From: an uncultured bacterium
GTDB taxonomy: Bacteria; Oederibacteriota; JAAXVQ01; JAUVAV01
Direction of reading: 5' to 3'
NCBI GenBank assembly: GCA_963710755.1
Contig: CAVQBK010000002.1
Coordinates: 96,001-160,000, forward strand
DNA length: 64,000 nucleotides
Made by a program: the position numbers and the translations under genes. Shown in pieces: positions 47,466 to 59,780 of the stretch; position 1 is the first letter of the stretch; every line of letters starts with the position of its first letter. The notes under the pieces are model-generated. The model had not been told where the DNA came from. It did no database searches and saw only the letters and a list, made by a program, of their open reading frames with translations.

Positions 47466-48419
47466 TTAATCGATAACCACCGGTTCCAACAAGCTGTCAT
47501 AAAAAGCTCGATACTCGTCTTTTTTCTTACCGGCACGCCAAGCCAGAGCAGCCTTGGGATGTTCATTGAGCATGCCTGCAATGGCATGGGGGATAATATA
47601 ACCCCATTCCATTTTTTCCCGCAAGGGGATCATTTCCTTGGCGATAAGGTCCAACACCGGCCGGATATCGTATTTAGGATTCTTTAAAAATCCCAGAAGC
47701 AGCTCCAGAGTGCAATTGCCGGCCGCTCGGCCAATGCCATAAACCGTACCGTCAACGAAATTGGCGCCATGAATAATGGACTCAATGGAATTGCTGAACG
47801 CCAGCTGTTGGTTGTTGTGCCCGTGAAATCCGATCTTTTTAGTCTTGATATGTTTTTTAAATAAATTAACCAAATACTCAGTATTTTCCTGGTATAACGC
47901 GCCGAAACTATCCACAATGTTGACCACTTCCACATGGGTTTCGTTTTCAATCTGATCCAGGGCTTCCTCTAATTCAGGTTCCATGCATTTGGAAATAGCC
48001 ATGATGTTGAGGGCGGTTTCATAACCTTTACTGTGAAATTGATTTTCCATGGCAATGGCTTTATCCACATCCTTGACGTAGCAGGCTGTTCGGATCATGT
48101 CCACCGGGCTGTCTTTTTTTTCTTTTATGTCATTCATGTCCACCCGGCCAACATCCACCATTACCGAAATCTTGGTGTTGGATTCAATCCCTTCGATCAC
48201 ACGCTGCAGGTCTTCGTCCCGGCAAAATTTCCATTTGCCATACTCTTGCTCCGAGAACAGCGCCGGCGAGTTTTTATACCCCATCTCGATATAATCCACA
48301 TTAGCTTGGCTGACCGCTTTATACACTTCCCTCACAAAGTGGTCTTCGAATTGATGGTTGTTGATCAAGCCACCATCGCGAATGGTGCAATCCAATACTT
48401 TAATTTCTTCACGGAACAT
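47466..48419 (-). CDS. DRE-TIM/HMGL-like aldolase (4-hydroxy-2-oxovalerate aldolase-like)
   Basis: VLDCTIRDGG, VDSFG, GFHGHNNQQLA, GIGRAAGNC. Confidence 0.82.
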   Translation of the reverse strand: MFREEIKVLDCTIRDGGLINNHQFEDHFVREVYKAVSQANVDYIEMGYKNSPALFSEQEYGKWKFCRDEDLQRVIEGIESNTKISVMVDVGRVDMNDIKEKKDSPVDMIRTACYVKDVDKAIAMENQFHSKGYETALNIMAISKCMEPELEEALDQIENETHVEVVNIVDSFGALYQENTEYLVNLFKKHIKTKKIGFHGHNNQQLAFSNSIESIIHGANFVDGTVYGIGRAAGNCTLELLLGFLKNPKYDIRPVLDLIAKEMIPLREKMEWGYIIPHAIAGMLNEHPKAALAWRAGKKKDEYRAFYDSLLEPVVID

Positions 48420-48568
48420 GCCATGACCTCCTGAGTAAGCAGCCGGTCCCTGGAACCACTGCCACCTTATGTTATTACGGTTTAAAGGGGATTTATTATG
48501 ACCAAGAAAACCGCGCTTGGCAACCGCTTATTTGACGCCCCTCTGCATCCTGGCGCACCCTTCTAAAT

Positions 48569-50746
<2,178 letters not shown>

Positions 50747-51811
50747 TCAATATATCTCCTTACCGATAGGGCGGCTGGCATAAACCGTGTTGCCACTGAT
50801 GGAAGGAAAATGATTACCGGCCTCATTAGGATCAGGTGTTTTGGACCGACCCGATTTATTAAAGGGCACGGACGCTGGAGGCATATGCTGCAGGTTGGTT
50901 GGTGTTTTTTGGACATCGCCCTTATCCTGAGTAGTCACCTGTTCTATACTGGAACCGCGTTTTTCTTCGGCTACCGTATGGGACGATGTCTTGCCTTTGG
51001 CCAGAGTGCTTTTTTCCGGCACAATATCTTTTAAAATGCCTTTGGCTAAATTGCGGAAAGCCACTGCCCCCCGAATGGCGGATTTATTGGCCTTATCGAT
51101 AAGATGAATGGGCAACCCGATTTCCTTGGATTTACGCAGATGCACATTGGCCGGTATATAAGTGTCATACAAGCGATTGCCTACCAGGGCCCGCAAACGT
51201 TTGAGATTACTTAGGTCAAATTGCTCGGTTCGCAGGAAATTATTTACAAACACACGAATGATGACTTGGCGCCAATGGCGTGAGTTAATCCGCTCGGCTT
51301 CCTTGATAATCTGGTCTATCCCCGCCAGCCCTCCAATGGAGGCTTCCGTGGGTATGAGCACCATGTCCGACGCAATCAGAGCCGAGCGGGTGAGATAGCC
51401 GATATAAGGCCCATTGTCAATGATGACCAAGTCAAATTCATTTTTAATTTCTTCCAAAGCTTCCATGAGTTTGGCAATTTTATGAAAATCCTCAGCCACG
51501 TGCGCCAGACGATGATCGGCCAGGAATACGACCAAGTTGTCCTGATTAAAATCCAGATTATGTTTTTGCAGAACCGGCCGTAAAATGGCATGCTGACCGA
51601 TTTTTTTAATGCTCATCCCCATATACACATCGGTCATGTTATGTTGGTGATGCATTTGGCAGCCAAGATACACGCCAATGTTGCCCTGGGGATCATTGTC
51701 AACCAAGGCCACTTTAAGCCCCCAGTCGGCAAATTGAGCCGCCAGACTGATGGCCGTAGTGGTCTTCCCCACACCGCCTTTGTTATTGGCAATCGAGATT
51801 ATTTTAGCCAT
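50747..51811 (-). CDS. ParA/Soj-family ATPase with a C-terminal extension
   Basis: Deviant Walker A NNKGGVGKTT, DNDPQGN, IIDNGP; no parB nearby. Confidence 0.85.
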   Translation of the reverse strand: MAKIISIANNKGGVGKTTTAISLAAQFADWGLKVALVDNDPQGNIGVYLGCQMHHQHNMTDVYMGMSIKKIGQHAILRPVLQKHNLDFNQDNLVVFLADHRLAHVAEDFHKIAKLMEALEEIKNEFDLVIIDNGPYIGYLTRSALIASDMVLIPTEASIGGLAGIDQIIKEAERINSRHWRQVIIRVFVNNFLRTEQFDLSNLKRLRALVGNRLYDTYIPANVHLRKSKEIGLPIHLIDKANKSAIRGAVAFRNLAKGILKDIVPEKSTLAKGKTSSHTVAEEKRGSSIEQVTTQDKGDVQKTPTNLQHMPPASVPFNKSGRSKTPDPNEAGNHFPSISGNTVYASRPIGKEIY

Positions 51812-52072
51812 GAGTCATTTACCCCTTGCTCATAGGATCGACCCGTACTGGTAATACTTAAGTCTCTTTAGTGCCGCTTATTTTATGAGCTGCTTCTGTG
51901 TGCTATTCTCCAGGCGCTTTTCGCCAAGGTCCGTTTTTTTGCTGAACACAGTCACGACCTTGACCTCAAAGGCCGTGACTGTCAACTGCCAGACATGGTA
52001 TAATTTCTGCTTATTGGACAACCCGGTTGGCCTGCCAACAATAATTCCTTCATTGATTAAGGAGAATTTAAA

Positions 52073-52948
52073 ATGAAGCTGCCTCAATGGATAACCCTGA
52101 TACTGGTGGGCATGTTTATCCTCACCGGCTGCAGTACGGTGCCCGTCAAAACACCGGTACCTAAAAAAATCGCTCTGGTCCTGGGCGGAGGCGGAGCACG
52201 GGGCTTTGCCCATGTCGGCGTCATCCGCGAATTGGAAGCTGCCGGTATACCCATAGATTTAATCGTGGGCGTCAGCGTAGGCAGTTTGATCGGCGCTCTG
52301 TATGCTGACAGCAAGGATGCTTTTCAATTGGAATGGTCTTCTTTTAAAATCCGTAAAGAGGAGATCTTCGACTTTAAATTGCTCAACCTCAGCAGCGGGT
52401 TGGCCAGAGGCGAGGCCTTAAAAGCCTACTTGGACCGCACCCTTCAAGCCAAACGGATCGAGGATCTCAAAATTCCTATGGCCATCGTGGCGGCCGACTT
52501 AAAATCGGGCAAGCCCGTAGTCTTTCAAAGCGGGTCCATTGCCGACGCGGTACGGGCCAGCACATCCGTGCCAGGAGTCTTCGAGCCGGTGATATACGGT
52601 GACCAGATTTTAGTGGATGGCGGCATTTTGGGCAACCTGGCGCCGGAAGTGGCCCGGCAACTGGGAGCTGATATTGTGATTGGTGTGAACATTGCCAAGA
52701 ACCGGTCCGACTTTAACGGCTCTGTACCTAATGCGCTTAGTGTCATTCTGGAGTCCATCGATATCATGGGAGATGAAATCACCAATTGCAAACGCCGCTA
52801 TTTTGATGTGCTGATTGAACCGCAGGTGGGACAAATCGGCATTACAGATTTCACGCATAAAAAAAAGTTGATCGACGCCGGCCGCCAGGCCACCCTGGCG
52901 GTCATGGATCAGATCAAAGCCTTGCTTCAGGACAACCCATCCCATTGA
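52073..52948 (+). CDS. Patatin-like phospholipase (lipoprotein)
   Basis: Lipobox LTGC, GGGGARG, GVSVG nucleophile, DGG. Confidence 0.92.
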   Translation: MKLPQWITLILVGMFILTGCSTVPVKTPVPKKIALVLGGGGARGFAHVGVIRELEAAGIPIDLIVGVSVGSLIGALYADSKDAFQLEWSSFKIRKEEIFDFKLLNLSSGLARGEALKAYLDRTLQAKRIEDLKIPMAIVAADLKSGKPVVFQSGSIADAVRASTSVPGVFEPVIYGDQILVDGGILGNLAPEVARQLGADIVIGVNIAKNRSDFNGSVPNALSVILESIDIMGDEITNCKRRYFDVLIEPQVGQIGITDFTHKKKLIDAGRQATLAVMDQIKALLQDNPSH

Positions 52949-52981
52949 GCTTTGCTACGGATCACCCTTTGGTGTTCTGAC

Positions 52982-53287
52982 TTAGACGGCCGCAGCCACG
53001 GCAATGGCTTTTTTTGCCCAAAGTACCAGACGATGATCTTTAGCCAATACTTTGGGCGGCACCTCATAAAACAAATCCTGACTAACGGGCTTAAAATCAT
53101 AGGCTTTCATACCGAACAGCTCGTAATCTTTCAGCGTCTCATAGTTAACCTTGAAATAAAGACGCCCATCGATAATCAGACCGAAAAGAACGGCACCTTG
53201 ATATAAGCTGGTACCATAGAATCGGGCCTTGGCTTTGAGGTCTGGGATCTCCGCAAGCTGTTTCAAGATGCCATCTGCTGTAATCAT
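52982..53287 (-). CDS. TfoX/Sxy N-terminal domain protein
   Basis: ARFYGTSLY...FGLIIDGRLYFKV...FYEVPP...LWA; ATGA overlap with mutM. Confidence 0.7.
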   Translation of the reverse strand: MITADGILKQLAEIPDLKAKARFYGTSLYQGAVLFGLIIDGRLYFKVNYETLKDYELFGMKAYDFKPVSQDLFYEVPPKVLAKDHRLVLWAKKAIAVAAAV

Positions 53288-54126
53288 CGTCTGCGCCCTC
53301 TGGCCTGACAGGTGGGACACCAATGAGTGCCTCTTTGGGCTACAACGATTTTATCAATCGCCCGGCCGCAGACCGGACAGGGTTGGCCTTGGCGGCCATA
53401 TACCTTTAGCCTCATTTGGAAGCGTCCTTTCTCCTGATGAGGATCGATAAAATCGGAAATGCTGGTACCCTTGGCTTTGATTCCGGCCCTTAAAACCTGT
53501 TTAATGGCGCGGACCAGACGGTTAACGTCCTTAAGCTTCACTTGACCGGCCGGAGTCATGGGATTGAGCTTGGCCAAAAACAGCGCTTCATCGGTATAGA
53601 TGTTGCCCATGCCCGGTGTTAGTTTTTGATTGAGTAAAATCGCCTTAAGGGGTGCTTTTCGATAAGCCAGCACCCTGGCCAGATAATCAGAATTAAACCC
53701 TAAGCTCAAGGGTTCGGGACCGTAGTCTTGGAATTTATCCACCAATGCTTTGGTATCCGCCAAATAGTTAATGCGGCCAAATTGTCGGGGATCGCGAAAA
53801 TAAACGGTTTTATGATGACTTAGGATAAGGGTGAAGTGGGTATGGCGATCGGGCAAAATCTCATTTTCCCCGCCGTAGTGCATCAGAATCTGACCGGTCA
53901 TACCTAAATGCAACAGTAAGATGCCTTTGTTCAACCGCAGGATTAAATGCTTGGCGCGCCGCTCCACTTCCAGAATGTGTTGGCCCATAATGGCGTTTTT
54001 AATGGCCAACGGTGATTGACCTTTAAATAATCTTTTTTGGTGAAAATAGACTTGCAGAATCTTTTCTTGTTTAACTTGTTGTTCCAGGACACGACGAATC
54101 GTTTCCACTTCCGGGAGTTCAGGCAT
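53284..54126 (-). CDS. mutM: Formamidopyrimidine-DNA glycosylase
   Basis: MPELPEVE, HLGMTG, DPRQFG, GMGNIY, C-terminal CxxC...CxxC zinc finger. Confidence 0.96.
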   Translation of the reverse strand: MPELPEVETIRRVLEQQVKQEKILQVYFHQKRLFKGQSPLAIKNAIMGQHILEVERRAKHLILRLNKGILLLHLGMTGQILMHYGGENEILPDRHTHFTLILSHHKTVYFRDPRQFGRINYLADTKALVDKFQDYGPEPLSLGFNSDYLARVLAYRKAPLKAILLNQKLTPGMGNIYTDEALFLAKLNPMTPAGQVKLKDVNRLVRAIKQVLRAGIKAKGTSISDFIDPHQEKGRFQMRLKVYGRQGQPCPVCGRAIDKIVVAQRGTHWCPTCQARGRRR

Positions 54127-54673
54127 AGTCTAAGATCCGCAGGCTGTATTTACAGCCACAATAATTTTGCCGGTAAAGCTGCATGGCTTTGGACAACTGC
54201 AAACTCTGTTTAAAGCCGTCCTTTTTTTTAAAATCAATGGCTAAGTATTCCACGCCGTGGGCTTGCGCAGCGGCAGTGCCGCTGGCTATAATCTTCTCTG
54301 TAAGCTTGTGCGGCGAGACGGTTAAGGTAGAAGTGATAAAAGGGATGCCTGTTTCTTGAGCTTCCCGGGCTGTAGCGTCAAGATTAAAAGCATAGCAGGC
54401 TTCGCAGCGCCCCCCTTTTTCCGGTTCATTTTCCAGCCCCCGGATATGGCGCAGCCAGTCATCAGGCTGATACTTGGGTACCCTTAATTCAAAGCCCATG
54501 ATTTGCGCCACCCGCTGAGCTTCGATTAAACGCTTTTTATATTCACTCTCAGGATGAATATTGGGGTTGTGAAAATAACCGATAACGCGGTAGTCATGCT
54601 TTAAACGTTCAAAAACGCTGGTGGCATCGGGGGCACAACAAATATGCAGCAAACATTTGGACTGTTCGTTCAT
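54119..54673 (-). CDS. queH: Epoxyqueuosine reductase QueH
   Basis: LLHICCAPD, NPNIHP, EPEKGGRCEAC, SPHK, YRQNYCGC. Confidence 0.93.
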   Translation of the reverse strand: MNEQSKCLLHICCAPDATSVFERLKHDYRVIGYFHNPNIHPESEYKKRLIEAQRVAQIMGFELRVPKYQPDDWLRHIRGLENEPEKGGRCEACYAFNLDATAREAQETGIPFITSTLTVSPHKLTEKIIASGTAAAQAHGVEYLAIDFKKKDGFKQSLQLSKAMQLYRQNYCGCKYSLRILDYA

Positions 54674-54831
54674 TTCTCACCGCCAGGAATTAGATCTAAA
54701 GCCTAGATTATAGAGCCCACAGCGTGATTGTGGCAAGTTGAAATATTGGGTACTCGTCGCTGCCACAAAGACTCCTTTTATTTTCCCGTCGTCTAAGGCT
54801 ATGGTAAAATCAAGCGCTAAGGAGAAAACCC

Positions 54832-56346
54832 ATGATCATCAAAAAAGACCCTGATAGCATTAAACCCTATTTGGAAGATGCTTCCGGTTTTACCCGGGGA
54901 CATGCCGACTTATTGGTCATTCCTGAAAACGAGCAAGACCTTATCACTTTCTTCCAACAAGCCAGCGCTCAAAGCCAGCCGGTCACCTTGGCCGGTGGCC
55001 GCACCGGGGTCACGGCCGGTGCCATCCCCACCAAAGGCACTTTAATGTCCTTGGAAAAGCTGCAGGCTCTGGGTCCGATTCAAAATCAGGGCGCCTTTAG
55101 CACAATTACCCTTGGCCCGGCAGTTCGCTTGCAGCAATTAAAAGCCAAAGCCGAAGAACATCATTTAATTTACGGCCCTGACCCCACGGAGCGCACGGGG
55201 TCGTTGGGGGGCAATGCAGCCACTAATGCCAGCGGCGGTCAATGTTTTAAATATGGTCCTACCCGTGATCATATCCTGGGCTTGAGGATGGTATTAAGTA
55301 CAGGGGATATTATCGACCTCAAACGGGGAGAGCACTTTGCCCAAGGCGACCGTTTGCGTATCCCTCTGGTCAATCGTCGGGACCCTTTAACCTTCACCCG
55401 TCCTTTGTTGCCGGCTCTGAAAGTCTATAAAAATGCTGCCGGTTATTTTTCCGCGCCCAATATGGATGCCCTGGACTTATTGATTGGTATGGATGGCACT
55501 TTGGGCGCCATCACTTCCCTTACGGTTAAATTATTACGAGCCCCGCAAGGCATTTTCACGCTCGCACTTTTTTTGGAGAACCTGCACCAAGCTAATGACA
55601 TGGCCACACTTATACGTCGCTCTGCACAGGGCCTGGCATCTCTTCCTGGAATCAGGCCGTTGTCTTTGGAGCTTATGGACAGCCATGCCTTGGATCTGCT
55701 GCGGCCTTCCTTTCCCAATATTCCGCCCAGAGCCGGTTCTGCGTTACTGGTGGAGCAGGACTTCGCAGACAACGAAACCTTGGCCCTACAGCGGTGGTCC
55801 GATTTTTTGCAAAATGCTCATATTCCGGAAAAGATGATTTGGTTGGCCGATGATCGCAAAAGCCGCGAACAGTTGCGCTTGTTCCGCCATGCCCTGCCGG
55901 AGGCTGTTAATCAGGTGGTTCGGAAAAGAGGATTTCCCAAAGTTGGGACGGACATGGCCGTGCCTGCCGAGGCCTTTGGCACTATGCTGGATATTTATTA
56001 CCGGGAATTGGAGTCCTTGGGCCAGGACTACTTGATTTTCGGACATATTGGTGAATGCCACTTGCATGTCAATGTACTGCCTCGGTCACCGGAAGACTTT
56101 GGTTTGGCCAAAAAACTGTATTTGACCTTTGCCGAAAAAGCGGTGGCCTATGGTGGCACCATCAGTGCGGAACATGGCATCGGCAAACTCAAACATGATT
56201 TTCTCAGAATCATGGTAGGTGACCAAGGTTTGAGGGAAATGGCCCGCATTAAAAAAATATTTGATCCTGCACTTATTCTTAACCGTGGCAATATTTTTCC
56301 GGAAGAGCTGTTGGATAGTTCGGCTGAGCCGGAAAGGCTGGAATAA
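54832..56346 (+). CDS. FAD-linked oxidoreductase (GlcD / D-2-hydroxyacid dehydrogenase family)
   Basis: GGRTG, GGNAATNASG, KNAAGY, GTLG, GHIGECHLH, SAEHGIGK. Confidence 0.88.
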   Translation: MIIKKDPDSIKPYLEDASGFTRGHADLLVIPENEQDLITFFQQASAQSQPVTLAGGRTGVTAGAIPTKGTLMSLEKLQALGPIQNQGAFSTITLGPAVRLQQLKAKAEEHHLIYGPDPTERTGSLGGNAATNASGGQCFKYGPTRDHILGLRMVLSTGDIIDLKRGEHFAQGDRLRIPLVNRRDPLTFTRPLLPALKVYKNAAGYFSAPNMDALDLLIGMDGTLGAITSLTVKLLRAPQGIFTLALFLENLHQANDMATLIRRSAQGLASLPGIRPLSLELMDSHALDLLRPSFPNIPPRAGSALLVEQDFADNETLALQRWSDFLQNAHIPEKMIWLADDRKSREQLRLFRHALPEAVNQVVRKRGFPKVGTDMAVPAEAFGTMLDIYYRELESLGQDYLIFGHIGECHLHVNVLPRSPEDFGLAKKLYLTFAEKAVAYGGTISAEHGIGKLKHDFLRIMVGDQGLREMARIKKIFDPALILNRGNIFPEELLDSSAEPERLE

Positions 56347-56552
56347 ATGTCGTTTCTCACGCAAAGTTCTAAAAAGCACAGGATACGCCGCGCCCAGCGC
56401 TGAAACCACAGCCCTTCACGAACAGCTCGGCAAGCAGGCATCTGGATCATTGGCCTCCACCAGGGTCGGAGTGAGGTATAGTATCTTCTTAATAAATGTA
56501 GATCCGGGGGACACGGAATAGCCCGGACTCTGACTAATCACATGGAGGACTC

Positions 56553-58004
56553 ATGAGCACATCCGCCCCGCAGGATTGGATCGATCGGCATCAATTGGGT
56601 TTATTAACTGATTTTTATCAATTGACCATGCTCTCTGGCTACATTAAACATGATTTGGCTCAGCAGCAGGTGGCCTTCGAGTATTTTTTCCGCACTTTGC
56701 CCCCTCATACGGGCTTGGTGATCACTGCCGGCTTGGAACAATTTCTGCGTTATTTGGAAAACTTGCACTTTAGTGCTGACGATCTGGCTTATCTCGAGAG
56801 CCTAAAAATGTTTGACCAAGCGACCCTTGACTATCTGGCCAATTTGCACCTCGAACTTGACGTCATGGCCATTCCCGAAGGCACCCCGGTCTTTCCCCAT
56901 GAACCGATAATTCGCATCACCGGTCCTCTGGCCCAGGCACAATTGATTGAAACCTTTTTGCTCAATGCCCTCAATTATCAATCCTTGATCGCCACCAAAA
57001 CCATGCGCATGTGTCAAGCCGCCCAAGGCGAGCCGGTGCTGGAATTTGGTTTGCGCCGCGCCCAAGGACCGGATGGCGGCTTGACCGGCAGTCGAGCTGC
57101 TTACATAGGCGGGGCCCTAGGTACCAGCAACGTGCTGGCTGGGAAGCTTTTTGGCATTCCGGTACGTGGCACCATCGCCCATTCCTGGGTAATGAGCTTT
57201 GAAAGCGAAAAACAGGCTTTTGATGCTTTTGCCCGCACTTTCCCCAAAAACTGTACCTTGCTGGTGGACACTTATGACACGCTAAAGAGTGGTGTTCCCA
57301 ATGCCATCGCCGTGTTCAAGGACCATCCCGAGATGACGCCGGCCATCCGTATTGATTCCGGTGATCTGGCCAAATTGTCCAAAGCAGCTTATGACCAATT
57401 CCGGCAGGCCGGTTTTGATCATGTCAATATCGTGGGGACCAATGATCTGGATGAAGATTTGATCGCTGATCTCAAGCGCCAACACGCCCGCATTAACCTA
57501 TGGGCGGTGGGGACACATCTGATCACGTCCAAGGATCACCCGGCTCTGGACGGGGTGTATAAACTGGTGGCCATGAAAAATCGCGGTACCTGGCAGCCTC
57601 GGATTAAATTATCCAGCAATCCTGAGAAAGCCACTGATCCCGGCTTGAAGCAGCCTTACCGTTGTTTTAATCAAACCGGTCAGCCGGTGGGCGATATATT
57701 AATCGCCGATGATGAAGATCTCCCCCGTGAAAGCACCGTCCGGGCTATTGACCGTTTGTTTTTACACCACGAACGCAACCTGGAGGGCATCACCAATATC
57801 AAGCCCCTGATGCAAGGGATGATGAAAAAAGGCAAGATCATACAACCCCAGCCAAACCTCCATGCCATCCGTGATCACGCTCAGGCTTCGGTGGCTCAAT
57901 TCCCGGAAGAATATCTGCGCTTGCGCAATCCGGAAATATACTGGCTGGGTCTGTCTCCTCATTTGGCCCATCTTAAGCAACAGGCCATCTCCACGCTCAA
58001 ATAA
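56553..58004 (+). CDS. pncB: Nicotinate phosphoribosyltransferase
   Basis: LLTDFYQLTM, EFGLRRAQG, GTIAHSW, LVDTYD, RIDSGD, GVYKL. Confidence 0.95.
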   Translation: MSTSAPQDWIDRHQLGLLTDFYQLTMLSGYIKHDLAQQQVAFEYFFRTLPPHTGLVITAGLEQFLRYLENLHFSADDLAYLESLKMFDQATLDYLANLHLELDVMAIPEGTPVFPHEPIIRITGPLAQAQLIETFLLNALNYQSLIATKTMRMCQAAQGEPVLEFGLRRAQGPDGGLTGSRAAYIGGALGTSNVLAGKLFGIPVRGTIAHSWVMSFESEKQAFDAFARTFPKNCTLLVDTYDTLKSGVPNAIAVFKDHPEMTPAIRIDSGDLAKLSKAAYDQFRQAGFDHVNIVGTNDLDEDLIADLKRQHARINLWAVGTHLITSKDHPALDGVYKLVAMKNRGTWQPRIKLSSNPEKATDPGLKQPYRCFNQTGQPVGDILIADDEDLPRESTVRAIDRLFLHHERNLEGITNIKPLMQGMMKKGKIIQPQPNLHAIRDHAQASVAQFPEEYLRLRNPEIYWLGLSPHLAHLKQQAISTLK

Positions 58005-58034
58005 AAGCAAGCCTCAAGCGATGGTCCTGACCTT

Positions 58035-58565
58035 TTACCAGAGGCCCTTTTGACGGCGCCTTTGCTTGGGGGCACGGCGGCCATTGCCCTTTTTACGGGT
58101 ATGGCCGGTCCATCCCTCCTCTTCCCTTTTGCCATGGAGAACTTCAGGATTGTTCAAAGGCATGACCGCCGGCCGGCTGCGCCTCATTAATTCGGCCGGC
58201 GAAATGACCACCACCCGGTAAGAACGGCAGATATCCCCTAAGGCCCGGTCGGCCGTGACCACCACTTTACCCGATTGATCGCCTCGACGATTGGCCGCCA
58301 TCTCGGCGATCACCTCATCCGCCGTTTCACCCTGAGCGGAATATACGACGGTTAGTCCCTTCTGTTGTTGCTGATGACGGTAACTGTGCTGTCCTCCCTG
58401 GCCATCAAACACCACGGTGATACGATGCGCGGTGCCCCGGCGATAATGGTCCAGCTTTTCAACCAGCGCCTTCTGGGCACCGTAAAAATTCTGGCTCTCG
58501 ATATGAGATAATTCCGGATCATAACGAATCACATTAAATCCATCCACGATCAGATGTTTGGCCAT
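58035..58565 (-). CDS. NYN-domain protein (YacP/Rae1-like)
   Basis: LIVDGFNVI, VVFDG, TADEVI, VVTADR. Confidence 0.85.
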   Translation of the reverse strand: MAKHLIVDGFNVIRYDPELSHIESQNFYGAQKALVEKLDHYRRGTAHRITVVFDGQGGQHSYRHQQQQKGLTVVYSAQGETADEVIAEMAANRRGDQSGKVVVTADRALGDICRSYRVVVISPAELMRRSRPAVMPLNNPEVLHGKREEEGWTGHTRKKGNGRRAPKQRRRQKGLW

Positions 58566-58714
58566 GCCTCAGGTGCTCCTTGCGATTTTAAAACAATTTA
58601 TCATGATCGCGCCCTTCCAACCAGCCCCTATCCGATTTTTCCAAAAACACATTCTTTAAAAACAAGGAAAGGGATTCCTTTGGTCAGAGCCTTTCGCTAT
58701 AGGTGGATAAAAAT

Positions 58715-58749
58715 AAAAAGGGGACCTGAAACGTCTTCAGGTCCCCTTT
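58715..58749 (-). terminator. Intrinsic terminator
   Basis: AAAAAGGGGACCTGAA-loop-TTCAGGTCCCCTTT. Confidence 0.8.
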
Positions 58750-58802
58750 AACTAATGGTGATTTAAATTTCTTCGCCTTTCATGCGAAGAATGGATGATG
58801 GA

Positions 58803-59684
58803 TTAAAGACCAAACAATAAGCTGGCACCGGCGATGATTTTCCAGTCACTGCGCGGGGCATAGCCGAATTCGGGCCGATCGGCTTTCGGTTCCAGGGGAA
58901 TAACCACCCCGAATTTTGCCTTAAAGATGCCTTTTTGCAAGCGAATGCCGGGCACAATGGAAAAAGTCCGTCCCGCTGATTCCGTTACGTCCAGGCCGTC
59001 CAATTTACTCACACCATATTGGGTGCCAAGAAGTTCCAAGTTGATAAAAAATAAACTAGTGGCAGGAATTTCGGCGCCCAAGGCAAAGTGAATGGCATCA
59101 CCGGGATCTAAGGTGACGTCCCCGGTAACCGTTTGATTATAGAGATCAGCATTGATTTGATAGCCGGCCCGATATTGATAGCCTACATTGGCATGTAGCT
59201 TCAGCAGCATTAAATCCAGGTCAGCCGCCAGATAAGGATCAATGGCCAAGCCGTCTCCAAAAATATAATATACGGGATCAGCAGTGGGAAAATTGGTTTG
59301 CAACCCAACAGCCAAGGTGAATATGGGCAATGGCAACAATGGCGTTTTCAAACCCAGTCCGATATTTTTAATGCCGCTGAAATCCTTGACGCCCACAGTA
59401 TCAATGTTGTTTTGCATGTCTCCGTAAGGCGTGGATAATTTGATTTCCAGAATTGGCAACCCGATTCGTACAAAAATAGGAATCTCCGTCAGTTTGCTCT
59501 CAATGGCGGTTTGTACGCCTTCTTCTTGGATCTTTTCATAAGAATAGTCAAAATCAAATCCAACTTGAATACCTGCCAAACCGGTTACATTGGCTGCCTG
59601 CTCAAACGAAATAGGTTCCGAATAGCCCACTAGCGGCAATCCCATTAGCAATGCACCTACCAAAGCAATACTGATTCTATTCAT
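58803..59684 (-). CDS. Putative outer-membrane beta-barrel protein
   Basis: Signal peptide, alternating amphipathic strands, C-terminal WKIIAGASLLFGL; ATG 59684 after GGAGG. Confidence 0.6.
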   Translation of the reverse strand: MNRISIALVGALLMGLPLVGYSEPISFEQAANVTGLAGIQVGFDFDYSYEKIQEEGVQTAIESKLTEIPIFVRIGLPILEIKLSTPYGDMQNNIDTVGVKDFSGIKNIGLGLKTPLLPLPIFTLAVGLQTNFPTADPVYYIFGDGLAIDPYLAADLDLMLLKLHANVGYQYRAGYQINADLYNQTVTGDVTLDPGDAIHFALGAEIPATSLFFINLELLGTQYGVSKLDGLDVTESAGRTFSIVPGIRLQKGIFKAKFGVVIPLEPKADRPEFGYAPRSDWKIIAGASLLFGL

Positions 59685-59780
59685 CCAACACCTCCTGGGA
59701 AGTTGACGATCTCGCTTTAGTTTCGGCTTCACTTGCCATTGACTAAAGTTTTTTTAGTTTAATATCAACTTCACCGACAA

